In this document: positions 30,383 to 38,629 of the stretch, in pieces
How the letters are laid out: each line of letters begins with the position of its first letter
Numbering within the stretch: position 1 is the stretch's first letter
Assembly: GCA_001819435.1 (NCBI GenBank)
Contig: MHMT01000003.1
Location: 5,797 to 69,796 of the forward strand
Direction: 5' to 3'
DNA: 64,000 nucleotides
DNA from: Candidatus Portnoybacteria bacterium RBG_13_40_8
GTDB taxonomy: Bacteria; Patescibacteriota; Minisyncoccia; RBG-13-40-8-A
Program-made: the position numbers and the translations under genes
Notes under the pieces: generated by a model
Told to the model about the DNA's origin: nothing
What the model saw: the letters and a program-made list of their open reading frames with translations, nothing else
Database searches by the model: none

Positions 30383-30942
30383 AAGATTTCTTTATGAATC
30401 ATGTCCTTTAGTCTTCTTTTTGGAACATGTAAAATGCCTTTTTTATCAAGCCAGTATTTTATATCTTTTTTAAATTTATCCTCAACAGATTTCTGTTTGG
30501 GATAGCCGAGAGCTATTGCCAATTCAATCATGTAATCTTTTGGAATATTTAAATATTTGATCAACTTGTCTCTGTTTAGCGAACCAATTATACAGCTTGC
30601 TATTCCTTTCTCTAGTGCAGTTAATAATATGTTTTCTATCGCTAAACCCACATCATATTTAGCATTAGTACTTATTTTAGTGTTAGAGATTATTAAAATA
30701 TAAGCAGTGGGCCTTTCTCCTGTTTTTGGAGCTCCATTTTTCAAATAACCTGCCCAATTGGTGCATTCAAAAACTCGGTCAAGATTCTTGGTTATCAAAA
30801 TATATTCTAAGGGTTGAAGATTGGCAGAGCTTGGTGCAAGTCTGGCCGTATTTATGCATGAAAGAATGTCAGATTTTTTAATTTCTTTTTGAGAAAATTT
30901 TCTTATCGTCCTTCTTTTTAGAATTAATTTATATGTATTCAT
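30379..30942 (-). CDS. nitroreductase-family flavoprotein
   Basis: N-terminal RRTIRKF...APSSANLQP matches the nitroreductase fold signature. Confidence 0.6.
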   Translation of the reverse strand: MNTYKLILKRRTIRKFSQKEIKKSDILSCINTARLAPSSANLQPLEYILITKNLDRVFECTNWAGYLKNGAPKTGERPTAYILIISNTKISTNAKYDVGLAIENILLTALEKGIASCIIGSLNRDKLIKYLNIPKDYMIELAIALGYPKQKSVEDKFKKDIKYWLDKKGILHVPKRRLKDMIHKEIF

Positions 30943-30943
30943 T

Positions 30944-31663
30944 TTAATCTGTGGTTAATTTTTCTTTTATACCGCTTCCCAGGGATTTTTTTAATTTTTT
31001 TAATGTTTTTACAAGATTATCTACATTATCTATAATTATTGCATGTTCGTCATCGGGAAATTTTTCTTGTGAATTATCTTTTACGTAAAAAAAGATATCC
31101 GATGGCTCAAATGCTACCGACAGATAGAGTATATTGTGTTCTGAACAATGCAATCCAAAAGCTATTTTTTTGTTTGTAAGTCTTCTGAGTCTGTCAATGG
31201 CTTTTAGATTGGTATCTTCTATTTTTCGTGATAACTGAGTATGAATAAATTTTATATTTTTTAATTTTTTACTCATTTTAATTATTTCTTTTTCACTTGA
31301 GATGCCGGTAGATACAAAAATAGGCTTATTTGTTTTCTGTAGTTTGCTTAGAAGGGCATCATCTAAAATAGAAGTACTCAAAGATTTCCAGAAATCAGCC
31401 CCGGCCGAATTAAGAAAAGAAATCATTTTTTTATCCGTAATCGCAAAGCCTATTAACTTGTTGTTTTTGTGAACAAAATCTATCGCATTTTTATAAAAAT
31501 TTTTGCTAAGTGGCCCTCCCCATTTTTTTATTTTGTCATAATACGTAGGTTCTACAACTTGAAAAGTAATCGCATCAATATCTGTACTAATCAATTTCTT
31601 AAGCATTTTGAATGCCCTCGTTTCACTACCTTTATAATTTTTACCTATTTCCGAAATAAACAT
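30944..31663 (-). CDS. short NeuB-like (TIM-barrel only) protein lacking the catalytic motif and SAF domain
   Basis: ISEIGKNYKGS...AITFQ aligns to the NeuB N-terminus, but the N-H-N motif is absent and the protein is only 239 aa. Confidence 0.4.
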   Translation of the reverse strand: MFISEIGKNYKGSETRAFKMLKKLISTDIDAITFQVVEPTYYDKIKKWGGPLSKNFYKNAIDFVHKNNKLIGFAITDKKMISFLNSAGADFWKSLSTSILDDALLSKLQKTNKPIFVSTGISSEKEIIKMSKKLKNIKFIHTQLSRKIEDTNLKAIDRLRRLTNKKIAFGLHCSEHNILYLSVAFEPSDIFFYVKDNSQEKFPDDEHAIIIDNVDNLVKTLKKLKKSLGSGIKEKLTTD

Positions 31664-31690
31664 TTTATTTTTCTAATATATTTTAAGTTT

Positions 31691-32812
31691 TTACTGAACT
31701 TCTTTTTTTAATCTCCAAACCCCATTTCTTTTTTCCAGAATTTCTTTATTGGCAAACTTGTCTGCTATTGCCCAAAACTTTTCTTCTGGATACTCAATAA
31801 AGTCAAGAAAATCTTTTAACATCTTTCTGTCTAGTTTATAATCTTCTTCATTCACCAATTTCACTGCTTCCTCTCTGGTTAGTCTGCCTTCTCTTATCAA
31901 GACGCTGCTGGTTGCCGTGGTGTAGCAAAAACCGAACTTGAGAAACTTAAACCAGGCATCAGTAAGGTATCCTACTGTGTCAATCTGATTATATTGTTCT
32001 ATGTAGCCTTCTCTTTTCCATTCACCAGTATCATCGAGCGTCTTAAACCCCTTACTTCTGGCAAACTCCATGTGTTTATATTGGCTCCACGGAACAAAAT
32101 AACTTAAATAAATTGGGTCTAATTTGGCTCTTTTTATTTCTTCTGCCGAAGGATAGATACAAGGATTAAAGTCTTTCATAGAGAGAGATGGATCTTCTTT
32201 TAGCCAAACACTCCAATCTATTGGCTTAATAACATCATTGTTGATCTGTTCAAGGGCGCTATATGTCTCTTTGTCTCCTAACGTTCCGCCGTATTCATAG
32301 CTAGTATTCTCGCCATAAACAACTAAAGGTATGCCGAGTTTAATAGCCATTTGAATAGGATAAGCATAAATAGCAAGATCAAAATACCATCCTGGTTTAC
32401 CAATTTTCTCTAACCCCATTCGAAACATTTTCTTACATACCTTTGGGTTTAACGACATTATATGGGCATCTACTCCAAACTTTTGTAAAAGATTACTCCA
32501 GTTTTGCTTGCCGGTCTTGGTCCAACTAAAATTATCAATATTTATCAAAAGCGGATTCATTCCTAACTTCTCTTTTAAGATATAGGTTTGATAATAGCTA
32601 TCTTTTCCAGCGCTAACAGTATTAATACAATCATAATAATTACCATTTGAGCCACGGTATTTATCTGCCAATTTTTCCAATTCTTGCCATCGTTTATTCC
32701 AGTCAGTTTTGGCCTTGGTTTCATGATGTCGGCACGGATAACAAACTCCTTCATCATCGAATTTTATGCCAGGCCTAGTGTCTGGCATGACGCATTTTTT
32801 ACAATATCTCAT
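31691..32812 (-). CDS. N-acetyl-sugar amidotransferase (PP-loop ATPase, WbuX/PseA-like)
   Basis: N-terminal CxxC pairs, SAGKDS PP-loop, and similarity to the family that adds acetamidino/amide groups to nonulosonic or uronic sugars. Confidence 0.6.
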   Translation of the reverse strand: MRYCKKCVMPDTRPGIKFDDEGVCYPCRHHETKAKTDWNKRWQELEKLADKYRGSNGNYYDCINTVSAGKDSYYQTYILKEKLGMNPLLINIDNFSWTKTGKQNWSNLLQKFGVDAHIMSLNPKVCKKMFRMGLEKIGKPGWYFDLAIYAYPIQMAIKLGIPLVVYGENTSYEYGGTLGDKETYSALEQINNDVIKPIDWSVWLKEDPSLSMKDFNPCIYPSAEEIKRAKLDPIYLSYFVPWSQYKHMEFARSKGFKTLDDTGEWKREGYIEQYNQIDTVGYLTDAWFKFLKFGFCYTTATSSVLIREGRLTREEAVKLVNEEDYKLDRKMLKDFLDFIEYPEEKFWAIADKFANKEILEKRNGVWRLKKEVQ

Positions 32813-32821
32813 ATTTTTATT

Positions 32822-34399
32822 TTAATTGTTAATTTTTTTATTATATATATTTTCTAAAGCCCTTATATATTTCTTTGTTTTTCCGTTATCGTTCCAAACG
32901 CCATCGTGAGCAAATACACATTCTTCATGTATTTTATATAATTCTTCTGTTAATTTTTTTCCGATCTCGTCATCCTTTTCCGATCGTTCTATATATTTAT
33001 AAAAAAGACGGGGCATTTTTATATACAATACAAATCGTTCCCGAAGAGCTATAAGCTCTTTTTGGGGAATATCGGGGAAAGTCAAGGCCGGTCTGTCATT
33101 TTGGAATACTGCATCGGAGTTTTCGTCAAAGAAGCCATTTTTTACGGCAATCTCTCTTAGCTCAGTTTTTTCTAAAGGAAAGAAGAATCCCGCATTCGGA
33201 TATCGAACCTCTGCCTTTCTATTCAATTCGATAGTTTCCATAACGGTTTTTCTATTTTCAAATGGAACACCCAGCATATTGAAAGCAGAAGTGCGAATGC
33301 CGGCGTCATTAAATAATTTAGTTGCCTCTATGATTTCTTCTTCGGTTTCAATCCTTTTGAACATTTCCTTTCTTAATTTATGATTTCCTGTTTCAATGCC
33401 TAGGCTTACACTGACACAGTTCATTTTTTTAAGAAGTTCTACTTTTTCTCGGGTTACATTTCGGGCATTAGCCATAATAACAAACGGAACTCCGACTTCT
33501 TTTTTATATTTATCAGCCAATTCATTGAAATAATCCAGTGATTTGAGACAAAAATCTTCATCGTGAAATTTAAAGAATTCCAAATCCCATTTATCAACCA
33601 GATATTTTAATTCCTTAATAATTCTATCTATGTTGTAATATCTTAAGAAAGGACCGGCTCCTGGCCCATAAAGTTTACGGTAAGCGGCATTAATGCAATA
33701 TGTGCATTGATTTGGACAGCCCCAGTATATCATGTGGTCGCCGCCTCTATATATTTTGCCGTCAAATGGTTTAAGGAAATGACGTTTGTCAAAAATTGAC
33801 CAATCAAAAAATGGCAGAGAATCCAGGTTCTGAAAATATGGTCGCAAGGGATTTTTTTTAATCCCCCCATTATCATCCTTATATGCGATATTATTAATTG
33901 TCTTAGGATTACAATTTTTAGCAATACATTCAACAAACTCTGGCATAAATTCTATTCCCTCGCCAACGCAAGCAAAGTCTATATGATTACAATCAAGAAT
34001 CTTTTCGGGTACCATTGTTGCTGCTTTGCCTCCCCATATAACTATGGTGTGGTTATTCCATTCCTTGACAATCCTTGAAATCTCGAAACCAATGTATATC
34101 TCATCTGACAAAGCAGAAATTCCGATTATATCGGGATTAAATTCGTTTAATTTTTTCAACAATTCTTCTTTTAAATTAACTTTTTTCTTGGCCACATCGT
34201 ATTTACTGAAATCAACATCTTTGAAAATTTTTATCTTACTACGGACTTGAGTATTGTTTTGAAAGTTAAAATCTATAAAAGTGGTATCGAATAAATCAAC
34301 CTCGTGTCCTTTGTTTTTTAAGATACCGAATAATAAAGATAGGCTCATTGGTTTAAAGCCAAATTGATCTTTATTGGGCCATACAAATAATATTTTCAT
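32822..34399 (-). CDS. B12-binding-domain radical SAM enzyme
   Basis: WGCPNQCTYC motif and GIETGN motif. Paralog of the enzyme at 7388. Confidence 0.75.
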   Translation of the reverse strand: MKILFVWPNKDQFGFKPMSLSLLFGILKNKGHEVDLFDTTFIDFNFQNNTQVRSKIKIFKDVDFSKYDVAKKKVNLKEELLKKLNEFNPDIIGISALSDEIYIGFEISRIVKEWNNHTIVIWGGKAATMVPEKILDCNHIDFACVGEGIEFMPEFVECIAKNCNPKTINNIAYKDDNGGIKKNPLRPYFQNLDSLPFFDWSIFDKRHFLKPFDGKIYRGGDHMIYWGCPNQCTYCINAAYRKLYGPGAGPFLRYYNIDRIIKELKYLVDKWDLEFFKFHDEDFCLKSLDYFNELADKYKKEVGVPFVIMANARNVTREKVELLKKMNCVSVSLGIETGNHKLRKEMFKRIETEEEIIEATKLFNDAGIRTSAFNMLGVPFENRKTVMETIELNRKAEVRYPNAGFFFPLEKTELREIAVKNGFFDENSDAVFQNDRPALTFPDIPQKELIALRERFVLYIKMPRLFYKYIERSEKDDEIGKKLTEELYKIHEECVFAHDGVWNDNGKTKKYIRALENIYNKKINN

Positions 34400-34413
34400 A
34401 ATATCCTCATCTT

Positions 34414-35571
34414 TTAAATAGTAATTTTCTTCTGGATAATGTTATCTAATTCTATAGTAGACAATATATTAACGATTTTCTTGCTAGTATTTCCTTTTCC
34501 ATATATATATTCGGGCGGATACTTGCCATGTTGAATAGATTTTAAGATAGCTTTTTTGATTTCGGCTTTATCATAACCAACATTAATAACATTTTTTCCT
34601 CTTTCTCTTCCATTTTGTCTGGTTCCAATATTTATAGTCGGAGTACCAAAATAACAAGATTCCCGAATACCGCTGCTAGAGTTACCAACCATACAAGTAG
34701 CCTTGGCAAGTAATGAAATGTAATCTTCGAATACGATATTCTTGCCCATGGTAACATGCCCGAGTTTCTTGGCAATATCAAATAATCTTATTTCTCTGAC
34801 CATGTCTTTTGAACCAGCATCCACATTTGGGAATAGCATAATTGTTTTAATTTTTAACTCAGAAATTGCCTTGAGGGTTTCTCGGATTTGTTGCCGGCAA
34901 TATTGATATTCGGTTGTTACCGGATGTTGAACAACTATTAAAAACGGCTTATTTTTGTCTAAATTATATTTTCTATAAATTTCGCTCCTGGGTTTATTTT
35001 TCTTTGATAAAATAATATCTACAGCAGAACAGCCAACGTTAAAGACCATATCGGGTCTTTCTCCCATTTTTATTATTCTTTCAGCGCTTTTGGCTGTAGC
35101 CGGAAAATGAATATGAGCAAGTTTTGTTATCGCATGACGAATACTTTCATCTATTGAGCCAGTAGTTTCGCCTCCTTCCATATGAGCTATTGGTATATTC
35201 ATAAAAGCAGCAGATACCACCGTTCCTAAAATATCAAAACGGTCGCCTGATACAAAAACCATATCTGGTTTATATAAGCTCAAAAGCGTTGGAATTTCTA
35301 ATGCGCATAAACCAACTGACTTAGCCATTGAAATCAAATCTTCTCCCGCTGCTATGGTTCTTGCAACAGCATTTATTTTAAAGCCGTCGTCTCTTATTGC
35401 ATTGATTGTTTTGCCAAAATCATCAAGAAGATGTGATGCCGTTACAATCAATATCAATTTTAGTTTGGGATTTTTTTTGATTGCCCTCATTACGGGTTTA
35501 AGCTTGCTGTATTCAGACCGATTTCCAGTAACAACGCAAATTTTTCTTATTTTAGCTTTAGATTTTCCCAT
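34414..35571 (-). CDS. neuC: UDP-N-acetylglucosamine 2-epimerase (hydrolysing)
   Basis: HMEGGE and ITKLAHIHF motifs. Confidence 0.75.
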   Translation of the reverse strand: MGKSKAKIRKICVVTGNRSEYSKLKPVMRAIKKNPKLKLILIVTASHLLDDFGKTINAIRDDGFKINAVARTIAAGEDLISMAKSVGLCALEIPTLLSLYKPDMVFVSGDRFDILGTVVSAAFMNIPIAHMEGGETTGSIDESIRHAITKLAHIHFPATAKSAERIIKMGERPDMVFNVGCSAVDIILSKKNKPRSEIYRKYNLDKNKPFLIVVQHPVTTEYQYCRQQIRETLKAISELKIKTIMLFPNVDAGSKDMVREIRLFDIAKKLGHVTMGKNIVFEDYISLLAKATCMVGNSSSGIRESCYFGTPTINIGTRQNGRERGKNVINVGYDKAEIKKAILKSIQHGKYPPEYIYGKGNTSKKIVNILSTIELDNIIQKKITI

Positions 35572-36581
35572 TTTATTAATTGATTGGCCTTTATGCTTTT
35601 TTTGGCTCTCAGGCCAACTATTTTATTTAAATATTTTGCCGGGATGCCTGTCCCGGGGCGTTTAACCCAGACCATATTTTTCTTTATCGTCGCTCCGTTT
35701 GGTATATCAACAAGAGAGACCACGCTTTCCCGAGCCATTTTTTTAACTGGCAACTCATCCGAAGTTATTTTTTTGGTAGAGCCCAGGGCTTTTTCTACGG
35801 CCCTCACTCCTTGAACCAATTCCTTTAACTCTTTTGGCTCAATAGATGCTTTTTGGTCGGGGCCTGGCCATTTTCTGCTTATGGTAAAGTGTTTCTCTAA
35901 AACACAAGCGCCGAGAGCAATTGCTGTCAGGGCAGTATAGATGCCTATCGAATGGTCGGATAAACCAACGGGTATTTTAAGTTCTTTCTTCAGTCTTTCT
36001 ATGACTCTTAGATTCAAATCCTCATACTTTGCCGGATATGAAGATGTGCAGTGAAGAATTATAAATTTATTATTAAATCTCTTAACAAAATTGACCGTTT
36101 CCCGGACTTCCCTAAAAGTGCTCATGCCTGTTGAAATAATCATAGGTTTTCCTTTTCGGACTATATGTTCCAATAATGGAAGGTTTGTCATTTCTCCAGA
36201 CCCAACTTTATACGCCTTAACTCCTATTTTTTCTAATAAATCAGCTGCCTCTCTGCTAAATGGTGTTGATAAAAATAAAATTCCTTTCTTCTCAGCGTAT
36301 TTTTTAAGATTAATATGGTCTTTTTTAGACAGTTCAACCTTTTTAAGAAGATCGAAAAGGGAGCTTTTTACATATTCGGCAGTAAAACCATCCTTGAGCA
36401 TCTCTTTTTCTGGCAGATGGGTTTGAAATTTTATAGCGTCGGCTCCGGCTTCGGCTGCCTTTTGAATCAAAAGCATTGCTTTTTCGATATTACCATTGTG
36501 ATTTATTCCAGCTTCAGCAATGATAAAGCAGGGTTGATTTTCCCCAATTAATTTTTCCCCAATTTTAATTTTATTTATCAT
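35547..36581 (-). CDS. neuB: N-acetylneuraminate (nonulosonate) synthase
   Basis: Canonical IIAEAGINHNGN, ADAIKFQTH and GLSDHS motifs, plus a C-terminal SAF domain. Confidence 0.8.
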   Translation of the reverse strand: MINKIKIGEKLIGENQPCFIIAEAGINHNGNIEKAMLLIQKAAEAGADAIKFQTHLPEKEMLKDGFTAEYVKSSLFDLLKKVELSKKDHINLKKYAEKKGILFLSTPFSREAADLLEKIGVKAYKVGSGEMTNLPLLEHIVRKGKPMIISTGMSTFREVRETVNFVKRFNNKFIILHCTSSYPAKYEDLNLRVIERLKKELKIPVGLSDHSIGIYTALTAIALGACVLEKHFTISRKWPGPDQKASIEPKELKELVQGVRAVEKALGSTKKITSDELPVKKMARESVVSLVDIPNGATIKKNMVWVKRPGTGIPAKYLNKIVGLRAKKSIKANQLIKWENLKLK

Positions 36582-37272
36582 ATTTTTTTATTTGTTTAGT
36601 TAGCCAAAAATCAAATTCTGTATCAATTTCAAGGGAATTTTTTTCTGGCATAATATATAATCCAATTTTCCCATTTAGTATGTTGTGTTTTTTTATAAAG
36701 TTTTCATACTTTGTGATATATATTGCTCCATTTTCTTTATATTCAGGTTTTCTATCTTGTCTTCGAGCTTGTTTTCGAGTTCTTTTTTTAAAATCGTAGT
36801 TTATGCAAATCGCTGTGCTCCGATTAATTTTCCATATAAATGCATGTGAAGGACAGACGCTTAATAAGGAATCGTATTTTTCTTCTAAAAATTTATTTAT
36901 CGCTTCATCTATATGATGAGCAGCGCGAAGAGGAGAGGTGGGTTGAAGCAAAACAATAATATTTGGTTTATAATTTCCGTGTTTTTTCAAATAACTAATA
37001 ATATGTTCTAATACCGATTGCATTGGAGTAGTGTCCCCTGATAACTTTTTTGGTCTTTTTACCACCTCGGCTTTATATCTTTTTGAAATTTCCTTTATTT
37101 CTTTATCTTCCGTAGAAACAATTACTCTGTCTAATAATTTGCTTTTTAATGCCGCTTCTATGGTGTAGGCAATCAATGGTTTGTTTGTTAAAAGCCTAAT
37201 ATTTTTCTTGGGAATTCCCTTAGATCCTCCCCGAGCTGGAATTATTGCTAAAATTTTTTTATTTTTATACAT
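36571..37272 (-). CDS. neuA: CMP-nonulosonate synthetase (acylneuraminate cytidylyltransferase)
   Basis: ILAIIPARGGSKGIPKKNI motif. Confidence 0.8.
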   Translation of the reverse strand: MYKNKKILAIIPARGGSKGIPKKNIRLLTNKPLIAYTIEAALKSKLLDRVIVSTEDKEIKEISKRYKAEVVKRPKKLSGDTTPMQSVLEHIISYLKKHGNYKPNIIVLLQPTSPLRAAHHIDEAINKFLEEKYDSLLSVCPSHAFIWKINRSTAICINYDFKKRTRKQARRQDRKPEYKENGAIYITKYENFIKKHNILNGKIGLYIMPEKNSLEIDTEFDFWLTKQIKKYDK

Positions 37273-37291
37273 GATTTATTGCTTAATAAAA

Positions 37292-38257
37292 TTAATTTGA
37301 TTTATTTATTTCAACTTGATCCTTAATCCAAGAATATGTTTTAGTCAGGCCGTCACGCAGAGAAAACTGAGAAATCCAGCCCAGGGAAGAAATGCGGTCA
37401 ATGCGGAAATTTCTGGCTTTTACTCCTACGGGTCCTTCTATGTGCTTAAGGTTTATTTTCTTGCCGGAAATTTCGGCAATTGTTTTTGCTAATTCATCTA
37501 CGCTCACGTATTCCTGGCGACCGATGTTGACACCGTTTTCTATATCTGAATCCATAAGCATTCGGATTCCCTCGATCATGTCGTCGATATAAGTGTAGGC
37601 GCGCATGGCCGTGCCGTCGCCCCAAATTTCAATGGTATCATTATCCTTGGCTTCAGCAATCTTGCGGCAGAGCGCTGCAGGGGCCTTTTCCCGTCCGCCT
37701 TTCCACGTGCCCTCCGGCCCATAGCAATTCTGGAATCGAGCCAATCGGATAGTCAGACCAAAACGACGGCCATAAGCCATAGCCATACGTTCAGCATAAA
37801 GTTTTTCCCAGCCGTATTCATTATCCGGTAAGGCGGGATAGGCATTCTCTTCAGATAATTCGAGTTCATTATACTCCATATCCCTATAAACACAGGCAGA
37901 AGAAGAAAAGAAATAGCGCTTAACCCCTGCGTTAGCACTAGAATGAATCATATGGATATTTATCAAGGCGCTGTTGTGCATAATTTCGCATTCAGCCGCA
38001 TGGATGAATCCCATGCCGCCCATGTCAGCTGCTAATTGGTAAACCTCGTCAAAGCTTTCATGATTTGGTCCAAGAATAGCTGTCTGGCAGTTCTTTTCTT
38101 CTCTCAAATCCAGAATTAAGAATTCATCCGCAGCGCTCGGAGAGAATTCTGGTTTTTTTAAATCAACTCCGCGCACCCAATAACCTTCTTTTTTAAGTTG
38201 CCTTACCAGATGGCCGCCAATAAAACCTCCTGCTCCGCAGACTAAGGCTTTTTTCAT
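37292..38257 (-). CDS. NAD-dependent nucleotide-sugar epimerase/dehydratase (SDR family)
   Basis: GAGGFIGGHL Rossmann motif. GC noticeably higher (~44%) than neighbouring genes. Confidence 0.65.
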   Translation of the reverse strand: MKKALVCGAGGFIGGHLVRQLKKEGYWVRGVDLKKPEFSPSAADEFLILDLREEKNCQTAILGPNHESFDEVYQLAADMGGMGFIHAAECEIMHNSALINIHMIHSSANAGVKRYFFSSSACVYRDMEYNELELSEENAYPALPDNEYGWEKLYAERMAMAYGRRFGLTIRLARFQNCYGPEGTWKGGREKAPAALCRKIAEAKDNDTIEIWGDGTAMRAYTYIDDMIEGIRMLMDSDIENGVNIGRQEYVSVDELAKTIAEISGKKINLKHIEGPVGVKARNFRIDRISSLGWISQFSLRDGLTKTYSWIKDQVEINKSN

Positions 38258-38267
38258 AGTGATTATA

Positions 38268-38516
38268 TTACCACTTTTTGATTTTGTTTTTTATATTCTT
38301 TTTCAGTTTTTGATAAACTGCCACTGCCTTCCTTTCAACTTTAGGAGAGACCAGTCTCAGGATTTCTTTCCCTAAAATCCTGTATTGCCCCCCGACTTTA
38401 TTTGCCTTGATAATGCCATTCTTAAGAAGGCGTTTTATGGTGCTGTCGCTCACTTTCAAAATTTCTTTAGTTTCGTTGGTGGTATATATTGAGTTTGGAT
38501 TTACTTCTTTTTCCAT
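38268..38516 (-). CDS. small helix-turn-helix DNA-binding protein (excisionase/MerR-type HTH_17)
   Basis: ILKVSDSTIKRLLKNGIIKANKVGGQYRI resembles the Xis/MerR N-terminal HTH. 82 aa. Confidence 0.5.
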   Translation of the reverse strand: MEKEVNPNSIYTTNETKEILKVSDSTIKRLLKNGIIKANKVGGQYRILGKEILRLVSPKVERKAVAVYQKLKKNIKNKIKKW

Positions 38517-38522
38517 ATTAGT

Positions 38523-38577
38523 TTAATTGTACGGCAGTTAAAATACTGGTGTCAATAGGTGTCAAAAGGTGTCAAGC
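38523..38577 (-). promoter_or_regulatory. sigma70-like promoter with three 10-bp-phased TTGACACC repeats (nested -35 elements / operator) for the HTH gene
   Basis: Plus strand carries GGTGTCAA at 38548, 38558 and 38568. On the minus strand: TTGACA-N18-TACAAT, then 9 nt to the ATG at 38516. Confidence 0.55.
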
Positions 38578-38629
38578 ATATTCCCGTGGATAAACAAAAA
38601 AAGAGCAATCTTGCGCTTTTTCTATTTGA

